In this document: positions 16,422 to 24,990 of the stretch, piece by piece
How positions within the stretch are numbered: the stretch's first letter is position 1
How the letters are laid out: each line of letters begins with the position of its first letter
From: Minisyncoccales bacterium
Lineage (GTDB): Bacteria > Patescibacteriota > Minisyncoccia > Minisyncoccales > JAGMDC01
Direction: 5' to 3'
DNA: 64,000 nucleotides
NCBI GenBank assembly: GCA_049642725.1
Contig: JBARPC010000027.1
Coordinates: 1,010-65,009 of the forward strand
Translations under genes and position numbers: made by a program
Notes under the pieces: generated by a model
Databases searched by the model: none
Told to the model about the DNA's origin: nothing
Seen by the model: the letters and a program-made list of their open reading frames with translations, nothing else

Positions 16422-18957
16422 AATTTATTTAGTTCCTCATACCCATTATGACGCGGTTTGGGTTTTTACCAGAGAGGATTACTTTCATATCAATATAGAT
16501 ATTATTTTAGAAAAAGTTGTTGATTTAATTGCCAGAAAAAAAGACTATAGGTTTTTGATAGAACAAACGTATCTTTTAGAAGAAGTGAAAAAACATTATC
16601 CAGAGCTTTTTAGGAAAATTAAAAAATATGTAAATCAGGGAAAAATCGAAATTGCAGACGGAGAATATTTAATGGCAGATACAATGCTTCCCCAAGGAGA
16701 AACATTAGTCAGAGAAATAATGGTTGGCAAACAGTTTGTTAAAAAGGAATTTGATAAAGATGTAGAAGTAATGTGGCAGGCAGACAGTTTTGGATTGAAT
16801 GCCCAGCTTCCACAGATATATAAAAAATCAGGTTATAAATATTTAGCTTTCAGGCGCGGCTCTTCTAAAAATAAGCCTTCAGAATTTATCTGGCAGGCAT
16901 TAGACGGAACTAAAATTATATCGCATTTTATGCCATTAGGTTACAGGGCTGGTTTAAATCTTGCTAAGCTCGATGAAAGTTATAAAAAACTTAAAAAATT
17001 GGCTGCTACAAACAATATATTAATGCCTTCTGGCAGTGGAGTAACAATGCCTCAAGAAGAAACAATAAAAGTAGTGCGTATTTGGAATAAAAATCATAGG
17101 TCAAGAATGGAAATTGCTACTCCGTTAGAATTTTTCAAAAGCTTAGACAAAGATATTAAAAAATTACCAATTAGAAAAGGAGAAATGTATTCAGGAAGAC
17201 ATTCTCGGGTTTTTCCTGGTGCTTTATCAAGCAGAATATGGCTTAAAATTGGTTTAAGGGATTGCGAAAACAAACTAATTGCCTTTGAGAAATTTAATTT
17301 AATTAATTCTCTTTTTAGAAATAATTACTTCAAAGAAATAAAGAGCTGCTGGAAAAGGGTTTTATTTTTGGCTTTTCACGATATTGTTCCTGGAACAGGA
17401 ATTGATGCTGGATACAAAGAGGTAAGGGATGATATAATATTTTTAAACAGGAAACTGCCTGATTTAACATCTTATGTTTTAGATTCAATTATTAAAAAAG
17501 ATTCTAATAATGAGTATTATGGTGATATCGCAGTATTTAATTCATTATCTTGGGATGTATCTAACTGGACAGAAGTTATTCTAAATTTTAAGCAAGGAGA
17601 AGTTTTAAAAATAAATGGAGTAAGAAGCGGCAAAGAGGAAAGAGAAGTTGAAATTATAGAATTATCAAGACATCAAGATAGATCTTTTAAAAAAGTGAAG
17701 ATTGGTTTTATTGCTGATGTTCCGGCAACAGGGTATAAAGTATATCAGATTATTACAAATAATCCAAAAACGGTTAAAGATTCTTTTTTAAAACAGCAGG
17801 GTGATTCAATTGAAAATAAGTTTTTTAAAGTTAAGTTTTCTAAAGAAAACGGACTTATAAAAGTTTTTAAAGAAGGCAGGCAAATATGCCAAGGAAATGA
17901 AATAGTTATTGATGATGAAGCAGGGGATTTATACGCTCATAAAGAGAGTTTTGATTTTTCTTTAAAAACAGAAAGCGGGCAAGGATTGAAATATGGTGCT
18001 TTTAAGGTTAAAAGGCTTTGGGTTGATAGTTCTTGTTTAAGAAAAATTATTAATATAGAAACCGATTATTATTCTTTAAAATGGCCATATAGATTAACAG
18101 ACAGCTTAAAACCAATAATTTGGAGATATCCTTTTATAAAATTCAAAAAACAGATAATTATTTATAAAGACATTCCAAGAATTGATTTTACTATTAAGAT
18201 TGAAAATAATCATCCGAAAATAAGATTAAGGGTAAGGATTGATACTGATATAAATGAATTAAATTATACGTGCGATACTCAATTCGGTGTTCTAAAAAGA
18301 AAGACAGACCAGTGTTTTTTAAAGAGAAACGGCTGGTCCGAGGAACCATCGGGTTTGTTTCCCTGTTTGAAATGGTTTGATTATAGCAATAAAGAGAAAG
18401 GCATAACTTTTATAAATAAAGGCAATTCTGAAAACGAAATAAGAGGCAAAAGCATGTATTTGACATTATTAAGGTCAATAGATATGCTTTCTTGTGATGG
18501 CATGGCAGGTCCTATAATACCGGTTTCTGATGCCAGAGAACTGAAAAATTATACTTTTCAGTATTCTATTTATCCTCATTCTCAAAACTGGAAAAAAGCA
18601 AAATGCTGGAAGCAAGGTTATGAGTTTAATAATGATTTAGTTTCGTTTCAGATAGAAGAAAAGAAAAGATGCAGGACTAAAAATTCATTTTTGAAAATTA
18701 AACCTGATAATATTATAGCCAGTACCCTTAAAAAGGCAGAAGAGAATAAAGATATAATTGTTCGATTTTATGAGATATCTGGTAAAAACACAAAAGCATT
18801 AATAACCATATTTAAGAAAATAAAAGATGTGAGGATAGTTAATTTGATGGAAAAGGAAGAGAAAGGCATTGATAAAAAAATTATTTTGGAAGAAAATAAT
18901 ATAAAACTTGAGATTAAGCCATTTGAAATTATCACTCTTAAAATAACTTTATTCTAA
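16411..18957 (+). CDS. Glycoside hydrolase family 38 (alpha-mannosidase / MngB-like)
   Basis: GH38 N-terminal signature (VPHTHYDAVW, WQADSFGLNAQLPQI) and size (848 aa). 11-nt overlap with the HAD gene. Confidence 0.8.
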   Translation: MTDKIYLVPHTHYDAVWVFTREDYFHINIDIILEKVVDLIARKKDYRFLIEQTYLLEEVKKHYPELFRKIKKYVNQGKIEIADGEYLMADTMLPQGETLVREIMVGKQFVKKEFDKDVEVMWQADSFGLNAQLPQIYKKSGYKYLAFRRGSSKNKPSEFIWQALDGTKIISHFMPLGYRAGLNLAKLDESYKKLKKLAATNNILMPSGSGVTMPQEETIKVVRIWNKNHRSRMEIATPLEFFKSLDKDIKKLPIRKGEMYSGRHSRVFPGALSSRIWLKIGLRDCENKLIAFEKFNLINSLFRNNYFKEIKSCWKRVLFLAFHDIVPGTGIDAGYKEVRDDIIFLNRKLPDLTSYVLDSIIKKDSNNEYYGDIAVFNSLSWDVSNWTEVILNFKQGEVLKINGVRSGKEEREVEIIELSRHQDRSFKKVKIGFIADVPATGYKVYQIITNNPKTVKDSFLKQQGDSIENKFFKVKFSKENGLIKVFKEGRQICQGNEIVIDDEAGDLYAHKESFDFSLKTESGQGLKYGAFKVKRLWVDSSCLRKIINIETDYYSLKWPYRLTDSLKPIIWRYPFIKFKKQIIIYKDIPRIDFTIKIENNHPKIRLRVRIDTDINELNYTCDTQFGVLKRKTDQCFLKRNGWSEEPSGLFPCLKWFDYSNKEKGITFINKGNSENEIRGKSMYLTLLRSIDMLSCDGMAGPIIPVSDARELKNYTFQYSIYPHSQNWKKAKCWKQGYEFNNDLVSFQIEEKKRCRTKNSFLKIKPDNIIASTLKKAEENKDIIVRFYEISGKNTKALITIFKKIKDVRIVNLMEKEEKGIDKKIILEENNIKLEIKPFEIITLKITLF

Positions 18958-18993
18958 GACATATATCACTGATCGTGCTCAGTGATATATGTC
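18958..18993. terminator. Perfect 15-bp-stem hairpin between the GH38 and cupin genes (attenuator/terminator-like)
   Basis: GACATATATCACTGA-tcgtgc-TCAGTGATATATGTC followed by CTTTTG. The GTG start of the track ORF (18975) lies in the loop. Confidence 0.55.
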
Positions 18994-19004
18994 CTTTTGA
19001 AAAT

Positions 19005-19352
19005 ATGAAAAATAATAAAGATAAAAAACCCTGGGGTTCTTTTGAAATAATAAAAGAAGGCAAGGGTTATAAAATTAAAAAATTAATGGTTTTACCTGGC
19101 AAAAGATTGAGTTTACAGAAACATCAACAAAGAAAAGAACATTGGGTAGTTGTTAGAGGAACAGCTAAGGTTGTAGTTGAGAAAAAAGAATTTATTTTAA
19201 AACAAGGAGAGCATTGTTTTATAGATATTGGAGAAAATCACCGTTTAGAAAATCCCGAAGAAACAATCTTAGAAGTGATTGAAGTTCAAATCGGAGATTA
19301 TTTAGAAGAAGATGATATAGAACGTCTTGAAGACGACTTTAATAGAATATAA
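19005..19352 (+). CDS. Cupin-domain mannose-6-phosphate isomerase (type II PMI C-terminal domain-like)
   Basis: KPWGSFE...LSLQKHQQRKEHWVVVRGTAKV...GENHRLENP matches the cupin core of type II PMI/ManC. The ATG at 19005 is preferred over the GTG at 18975. Confidence 0.75.
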   Translation: MKNNKDKKPWGSFEIIKEGKGYKIKKLMVLPGKRLSLQKHQQRKEHWVVVRGTAKVVVEKKEFILKQGEHCFIDIGENHRLENPEETILEVIEVQIGDYLEEDDIERLEDDFNRI

Positions 19353-19380
19353 TTGCTTAACTTAGTTAAGCGAAAAACAA

Positions 19381-19424
19381 AAAATCGCCTTTCTTTACCG
19401 TCAGTTGATAGAGGCGATTTTTTA
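19381..19424. terminator. Rho-independent terminator
   Basis: ATCGCCT ... AGGCGAT stem followed by a T-run, downstream of the cupin gene. Confidence 0.6.
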
Positions 19425-19443
19425 ATTAAGATGTTTGTAAATG

Positions 19444-19527
19444 TGGGCGAGGGGAGACTTGAACTCCCACGGGAATAATCCCCTTGGAACCTCAATCCAA
19501 GCTGGCTACCAATTACAGCACTCGCCC
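19444..19527 (-). tRNA. tRNA-Leu (anticodon GAG)
   Basis: Reverse complement folds as a cloverleaf: acceptor GGGCGAG/CTCGCCC, anticodon loop TTGAGGT, long variable arm, T-arm GGGAG-TTCAAGT-CTCCC. Confidence 0.85.
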
Positions 19528-19565
19528 AGAAACGATAATTCTGTTAGCTTCCTTGTTGTTTTTTA

Positions 19566-20036
19566 TTACTGGGCTTGTTTGTTTTCTACTTCTTCAATCT
19601 TTCGAGGTTCGGCCTCGAAAGATTTTTTAGGCGTGGTAGTGACATCAGACAGGACTCTTCTTTTTAGACGGGCTTTTCTTCCTTTTGCCTCTCTTAAATA
19701 AAAGAGTTTTGCTCTTCTTACTTTCCCTCTTTTTGTTATTTCTATTTTTTCAATAAGAGGGGAATGAATGGGCAGAATTTTTTCTACTCCAATACCAGCA
19801 ATGACCTTTCTTATGGTTATAGTGGCATTTATTCCTTTTCCATGTTTTCGAGCTAAGACCAAACCTTCAAATATTTGAATTTTCTCCTTCTCTTTTTCTT
19901 TCTCTTTTATTTTTTTACTTTTGAGACCAGGAATTGCTGGAATTATTTGATGAATGCGAACGGTATCGCCAGGTCTGATATCTGGCAGACCCTTTCTTAA
20001 TTGTGACTGATTAAATTGTTCTATTATAGTTGGCAT
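19566..20036 (-). CDS. rplS: 50S ribosomal protein L19
   Basis: L19 core (RPGDTVRIH...FEGLVLARKHGKGINATITIRK...GVEKILPIHSPLIEKIEI). Has an internal Lys/Glu-rich insertion (KSKKIKEKEKEKEK) and a C-terminal extension. Confidence 0.92.
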   Translation of the reverse strand: MPTIIEQFNQSQLRKGLPDIRPGDTVRIHQIIPAIPGLKSKKIKEKEKEKEKIQIFEGLVLARKHGKGINATITIRKVIAGIGVEKILPIHSPLIEKIEITKRGKVRRAKLFYLREAKGRKARLKRRVLSDVTTTPKKSFEAEPRKIEEVENKQAQ

Positions 20037-20060
20037 AATAATAAATTTTTTAATTAAAGG

Positions 20061-20672
20061 TTATTTTATATTTTCTAATATCTGTCTTAATTCGTCAGGC
20101 ATTTTTGACCTGAATTCTTTTGTTTCGCCGTCAGGCATTTTTATTTTTATAGATGAAGCGTGTAAAAATTGTCTTTTTAGGCCTTTTGGGCAGGCCTGGT
20201 TTTTAAAACCGTATAATTTATCTCCAGCAATAGGATATCCTAAGGCAGCAAGATGGCATCTGATTTGATGTTTTCTGCCAGTTTTTGGCTCTACTTCAAT
20301 TAAAGTATATCCTTTGATTTTTTTTATTACTTTATAATTTGTAATTGCTTTTCTCAATCCTTTTCGCTGGCTATCAGGTTCATTAAATAGATATGTTTTT
20401 TGTTTTTTTCTGTCTTTTAAAGACCGTCCCATTAATGTTTCGATTTTATCAGCTTCAGGGATTGTGTCTCCGCAAACTAAAGCAAGATATTTTTTGATTA
20501 CTGTTCTATTTTTAAACTGTTTTTGAAAAAAATCAAGAGCTTTACTGCTCTTAGCTACCAATAAAATTCCAGAAGTATCTTTGTCCAGGCGATGAATTCT
20601 CTTTTCAAAATCGTCAGAATTTATCCCAGCCGGTTTATCAAAAACTAATAAATCATCATCCTCGTAAATCAT
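20061..20672 (-). CDS. RluA-family pseudouridine synthase (no S4 domain)
   Basis: Catalytic motif HRLDKDTSGILLVAK and the HQIRCHLA motif. Confidence 0.85.
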   Translation of the reverse strand: MIYEDDDLLVFDKPAGINSDDFEKRIHRLDKDTSGILLVAKSSKALDFFQKQFKNRTVIKKYLALVCGDTIPEADKIETLMGRSLKDRKKQKTYLFNEPDSQRKGLRKAITNYKVIKKIKGYTLIEVEPKTGRKHQIRCHLAALGYPIAGDKLYGFKNQACPKGLKRQFLHASSIKIKMPDGETKEFRSKMPDELRQILENIK

Positions 20673-20804
20673 TTTTAACTTTTGTAATTTGTGTGAGTAA
20701 TTTGTAATTAGGAGAAAATTCTCATAATAAAAGATTTTCTATTCCGAAATACTAATTACAAAATACAAACTACTTGAAAATTCGAGCAAAGCGAGAATTT
20801 TCTG

Positions 20805-20877
20805 TGGGCACTATAGGATTTGAACCTATGACCTTCACGATGTCGACGTGACGCGCTAACCACTGCGCCAAGTGCCC
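20805..20877 (-). tRNA. tRNA-Val (anticodon GAC) with C at position 33
   Basis: Clean cloverleaf on the reverse complement: GGGCACT|TG|GCGC|AGTGGTTA|GCGC|G|TCACG|TCGACAT|CGTGA|AGGTC|ATAGG|TTCAAAT|CCTAT|AGTGCCC|A. Confidence 0.8.
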
Positions 20878-20895
20878 ATTAGTGTTAGTGTGTTG

Positions 20896-20967
20896 TGGGC
20901 GTACCAGGATTCGAACCTGGAACCACTAACTTATAAGATTAGCGCTCTGCCATTGAGCTATACGCCC
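20896..20967 (-). tRNA. tRNA-Ile (anticodon TAT)
   Basis: Reverse complement: GGGCGTA|TA|GCTC|AATGGCA|GAGC|G|CTAAT|CTTATAA|GTTAG|TGGTT|CCAGG|TTCGAAT|CCTGG|TACGCCC|A. Confidence 0.8.
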
Positions 20968-20969
20968 GG

Positions 20970-22877
20970 TTATTTTTTCTTTTTTCTTTTAGCTTTCCTG
21001 GCTTGCTTTACTGATTTAATTTTAGTTGGCTTAGTTGGTTTTGACGGCTTAACTAAGCTTTCAAATTCTTGTTTTTCAATTGTTTCTTTTTTAATTAATG
21101 CCTTAGCGATTTTTTCTAAAAGTTTTTTGTTTTTAGATAAAAGTTTTTGGGCAGTAGATTCTGCGTTTTTAATAAACTTTGCTACTTCTTTATCAATTTG
21201 AGCAGCTACCTTTTCAGAGTAATTTCTTTGTTCAGAGATTTCTTTTCCCAGAAAGATAAATTCCTCTTTTTCACCGAAAGAAATTGGTCCTAAGGGTGAC
21301 ATTCCGTACTCTTTGACTAACTTCCGAGCTAATTCTGATGCTCTTTCTAAATCGTTTGCCGCCCCAGTGGAGATTTCTTTGAATTTTAATTTTTCAGCAG
21401 TATAACCGCCTAATAAAACCGCCATTTCAGCCAAGAATTCTGATTTTGTCTTAAGATGTTTTTCTTCAGTAGACACTTTCAGAGTATAACCAGCTGCCAT
21501 TCCCCGGGCGACAATGGAAACTTTTCTTACTGGTTCAGTTCCTGGAATAAGCGCAGAAATTAAAGCATGCCCTGCTTCGTGAAAAGCAGCCATTTTCTTT
21601 TCTTTTTCTGACAAAATATGAGATTTTCTTTCCGGGCCTAATAGAACTTTTTCAATTGATTCTAGAAATTCTTCTTGGAAAACCTGATGCTTATTTTTCC
21701 GAGCCGCTAAAATAGCTGCTTCATTAACAACATTAGCCAAATCAGCTCCAGAAAAGCCAGGTGTTCTCTCTGCCACTTCTCGCATGTTTATATTCAAAGA
21801 TAAGGGTTTATCTCGACAATGTATTTTTAAAATTTGTTCTCGACCATTGATGTCAGGCAGATCTAAAATCACTCTTCGGTCAAATCGCCCCGGCCGAAGC
21901 AAAGCAGGATCAAGGACATCAGGCCGATTCGTTGCAGCGAATACTAAAGTTGTAGCTTCCCTTTCAAACCCATCCATTTCAACTAAGATTTGATTTAAGG
22001 TTTGTTCTCTTTCGTCATGGCCGCCGCCAATTCCAGCTCCTCTTACCCTGCCAATGGCATCTAATTCATCTATAAATATAATACTTGGCTGTTGTTTTTT
22101 AGCAGTAGAAAAAAGATCCCTCACTCGACTTGAACCAACACCTACAAACATCTCAATAAATTCTGAGCCAGAAATTGAGAAAAAAGGAACACCGCTCTCG
22201 GTTGCGACCGCTTTTGCTAATAGGGTTTTTCCGGTTCCCGGTGGTCCCATTAACAAAACCCCTCTGGGAATTTTTGCTCCCATCTTTAAATATTTTTTAG
22301 GATTTTTCAAGAAGTCAACAATCTCTTCTAATTCCTGCTTGGCCTCTTTTAATCCAGCCACGTCTTCAAAAGTTATTTTTTCTTTTGGCTGGCCTTCAGC
22401 GCCAAAAAGTCGGGCTTTGGCTTTGCCGAAATTAAAGGCCTGCATGGCTCCGGTTTTTGCTTGGCGAAAAATCAACCAGAAGAACAAAAGGAAAAAGAGT
22501 AAAGGCAGAATAAGAATGGACAATGGTCCAAGCCAAAACAATAATCCCCCTTCTTCTTTTATTGCAATATTAGCTTTGTTTATTTTTTCTTCACTCAGTC
22601 CGTAGTTTAATAAAGTATCAGAAAGAGCTATCTCAGTTTCTTTTCTTGTTTCTGCTTTTGTCTCGTCAAGATAAGTTATAGAAATTTCATTTCCAGCAAC
22701 AATGATTTCTGTGATTTTTCCATCGTCTATATCTTTTACTAATTGCGTTAAAGAAATTTCCCTTTTTTCTTCAAAGGGCTGGGAGAACAAAGCAAAAATT
22801 GCAGAAATAGTCAAAAAAATAAGGAAGATAAATAATATATTTTTGGATATATTTTTAATGTTTTTAGCTTTTCGCAT
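20970..22877 (-). CDS. ftsH: ATP-dependent zinc metalloprotease FtsH
   Basis: AAA Walker [12 protein letters not shown] region and zinc motif HEAGHAL, with N-terminal TM helices. Confidence 0.97.
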   Translation of the reverse strand: MRKAKNIKNISKNILFIFLIFLTISAIFALFSQPFEEKREISLTQLVKDIDDGKITEIIVAGNEISITYLDETKAETRKETEIALSDTLLNYGLSEEKINKANIAIKEEGGLLFWLGPLSILILPLLFFLLFFWLIFRQAKTGAMQAFNFGKAKARLFGAEGQPKEKITFEDVAGLKEAKQELEEIVDFLKNPKKYLKMGAKIPRGVLLMGPPGTGKTLLAKAVATESGVPFFSISGSEFIEMFVGVGSSRVRDLFSTAKKQQPSIIFIDELDAIGRVRGAGIGGGHDEREQTLNQILVEMDGFEREATTLVFAATNRPDVLDPALLRPGRFDRRVILDLPDINGREQILKIHCRDKPLSLNINMREVAERTPGFSGADLANVVNEAAILAARKNKHQVFQEEFLESIEKVLLGPERKSHILSEKEKKMAAFHEAGHALISALIPGTEPVRKVSIVARGMAAGYTLKVSTEEKHLKTKSEFLAEMAVLLGGYTAEKLKFKEISTGAANDLERASELARKLVKEYGMSPLGPISFGEKEEFIFLGKEISEQRNYSEKVAAQIDKEVAKFIKNAESTAQKLLSKNKKLLEKIAKALIKKETIEKQEFESLVKPSKPTKPTKIKSVKQARKAKRKKKK

Positions 22878-22878
22878 A

Positions 22879-23958
22879 TTATGTAATTAAACTCAATGTC
22901 ATTTTATGCTCTTTTGAGTCCAAAGATAGGATTTTAAATTTATACTCTTTTTCTATTTTTATTTTCTCTTCCATTTTTTCCTTGGTGCCGAATTCAGAAA
23001 TATGGCAGAGTCCTTGGATTTTCGCTTTTTCAATTTGGACAAAAGCACCGAAATTATTTAGCTTGACTATCTTACCTTTAATTGAATCGCCTTTTTTATA
23101 TTCTTTTTCAATATTCTGCCATGGATCTTTTTTCAGGGCTTTTAAAGAAAGAAAAATTTTATTATCAGCAATATTAACAATTTTTGTTTTTATTTTTTCT
23201 CCTATTTTTACTATTTCTGAAGGATGTTTTACTATTTGCCAGTCAAGTTCAGAAATATGGCAAAGTCCTTCTAAATATTTTTCTGTTTTATTCTCAACAG
23301 CTGGGAATTTAATAAATGCTCCAAAATCAGTAATTTTAGTAATTTCTCCTTCAATTATATCTCCAATTTTATAGTTTTTTAAGTATTCCTTAGTGCTTTC
23401 TATCTCGCCGGCTTTTTCAGAAAGAACTAATCTTTCTTCGTTTAAGTCCAAATTAATTATTTTTGCTTCTATTTCCTGGCTAATAAATTTTTGAAGCTCT
23501 CTTACTATTTGCGACCTGTCTTCTCCTTCTATGTGCGGATAGTGCTGGGAAGAAAGCTGGGAAACCGGTAAAAATGCGGGAATACCAAAGACATCTGTTA
23601 ATAGCCCTCCTTTATTCGCGCCAGTAATTTTTACTTTTATGACTTCTTCTTTTTCTTTTATATCTCTGAGTTTTTTCCAATTGATTTCCCTGTTGGCTTC
23701 AGAGGCAGAAAGTTCAATATAGCCGTCTTCATTTTCCAGGTCGATTATTTTAGCAGAAATACTATCTCCCATTTTTGCATCTTTAAGAATGTTTTTAGCT
23801 TCTTGGAATTCTTTGCCAAAGATTATTCCTGTGCCAGTAGGTCCTAAATCAATAAAAATACTGGAACGGTCAATACCGACTATTTTTCCATTAATAATTT
23901 CTCCAATTCTCGGAGGACTTATTTCATCATCTTTAGTTGTTAGAAAAGTATTTTTCAT
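22879..23958 (-). CDS. 30S ribosomal protein S1-like protein (four S1 domains)
   Basis: Four repeats of the S1 OB-fold pattern (G.I.G.V..I..FGAF...). Shorter than the classical six-domain RpsA. Confidence 0.8.
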   Translation of the reverse strand: MKNTFLTTKDDEISPPRIGEIINGKIVGIDRSSIFIDLGPTGTGIIFGKEFQEAKNILKDAKMGDSISAKIIDLENEDGYIELSASEANREINWKKLRDIKEKEEVIKVKITGANKGGLLTDVFGIPAFLPVSQLSSQHYPHIEGEDRSQIVRELQKFISQEIEAKIINLDLNEERLVLSEKAGEIESTKEYLKNYKIGDIIEGEITKITDFGAFIKFPAVENKTEKYLEGLCHISELDWQIVKHPSEIVKIGEKIKTKIVNIADNKIFLSLKALKKDPWQNIEKEYKKGDSIKGKIVKLNNFGAFVQIEKAKIQGLCHISEFGTKEKMEEKIKIEKEYKFKILSLDSKEHKMTLSLIT

Positions 23959-24048
23959 GTTTCAAAATTACTATACATTATTTTTTTCTTTTTTACAAGA
24001 GATGGGGTTGTTATTGAATTTGAAATTTGTTTATGTTAAATTGAATAT

Positions 24049-24651
24049 ATGAATATCACTTGGTTTGGACAATCTTGTTTCCAAATAACCACTCAAAAGA
24101 ATAAAGATAATTCTGTGAAAATAGTCATTGATCCTTTTGGGCAGGGCATTGGTTTAACAATGCCTAAAGTAGAAGCAGATATTTTATTACTTACAAGCAA
24201 GGATTATGACTTAGACAGAATTAAGAACAAGGACTATTTTTTAATTAATGAGCCGGGAGAATATGATGTCCAAGATGTTTTTGTCCAAGGAATAGAAATA
24301 GAATCAAGTATCTTTGTTATTGAAATAGAAGGGATGCGGCTTTGTCATTTAGGATGTATCCAGCGAAAAGAGCTGCAAAATGAACAGGTAGAAAAAATCG
24401 GTGATATTGATATTTTAATGGTTTCAGTTGGCGGAGATGTTCAAGCTGCTTCAAAAATTATCAGCCAGATAGAGCCGAAAATTATTATTCCTATGTGCTA
24501 TCATATTCCAAAACTTAAAATTAGACAAAATAAAGTAGATGATTTTTTGAAAATAATGGGAGGAAAATCGGTTGAACCGCAGAACAAGCTGTCTATCAAA
24601 AAAAAGGACTTGCCGAGAGAGAGAAAAGAAATAATAATTTTAAAAACTTAG
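24049..24651 (+). CDS. MBL-fold (UPF0173/Lactamase_B_3-like) protein with a degenerate metal motif
   Basis: The N-terminus ITWFGQSCFQI is typical of the family. The position of the HxHxDH motif reads LLLTSKDYDL. Confidence 0.6.
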   Translation: MNITWFGQSCFQITTQKNKDNSVKIVIDPFGQGIGLTMPKVEADILLLTSKDYDLDRIKNKDYFLINEPGEYDVQDVFVQGIEIESSIFVIEIEGMRLCHLGCIQRKELQNEQVEKIGDIDILMVSVGGDVQAASKIISQIEPKIIIPMCYHIPKLKIRQNKVDDFLKIMGGKSVEPQNKLSIKKKDLPRERKEIIILKT

Positions 24652-24670
24652 TTTTTAAAATAAATTTCAA

Positions 24671-24844
24671 ATGTTCAAAATTCAAAGTCAGCCAGAATAC
24701 ATACGAAAGATTATTTTTTGGGTTGTGATAATTATTTTAGCCGTAAGTTTGTTTTTTATATGGCTTAAAATTGTTGACCAAAGAATAGAAAGTTTCCAAA
24801 ATCAAGAATCCCTGCAAAATGTTGCTGACTCCGTTAGGGGATAG
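24671..24844 (+). CDS. Possible small single-pass membrane protein (57 aa)
   Basis: ATG-to-TAG ORF below the track threshold, with one hydrophobic helix (IIFWVVIIILAVSLFFIWL). No homology evidence. Confidence 0.3.
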   Translation: MFKIQSQPEYIRKIIFWVVIIILAVSLFFIWLKIVDQRIESFQNQESLQNVADSVRG

Positions 24845-24850
24845 GCAGAG

Positions 24851-24879
24851 TTGACAAATTTCCAAAGATGTAATATACT
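24851..24879 (+). promoter_or_regulatory. Sigma70-like promoter upstream of rpoB
   Basis: TTGACA, 17 nt, TATACT. Confidence 0.45.
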
Positions 24880-24990
24880 CCAATAGGAGTAACATTTTTT
24901 TTACTTTGATTGCTTCTTTTTTTTAAAATTTTAAAATTATTCTCAACCCTAAAAATTTAAGATTAGGGTAATTTTTGTTTGTAATTTACT

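Noticed and set aside
20683-20803. Long AT-rich inverted repeats and the GAAAATTC...GAATTTTC hairpin between the rluA-family gene and tRNA-Val, considered as an ncRNA.
   Set aside because: The sequence is very AT-rich and low in complexity, so the pairing is not distinguishable by eye from chance. It is most simply a terminator for the tRNA cluster and a promoter region.
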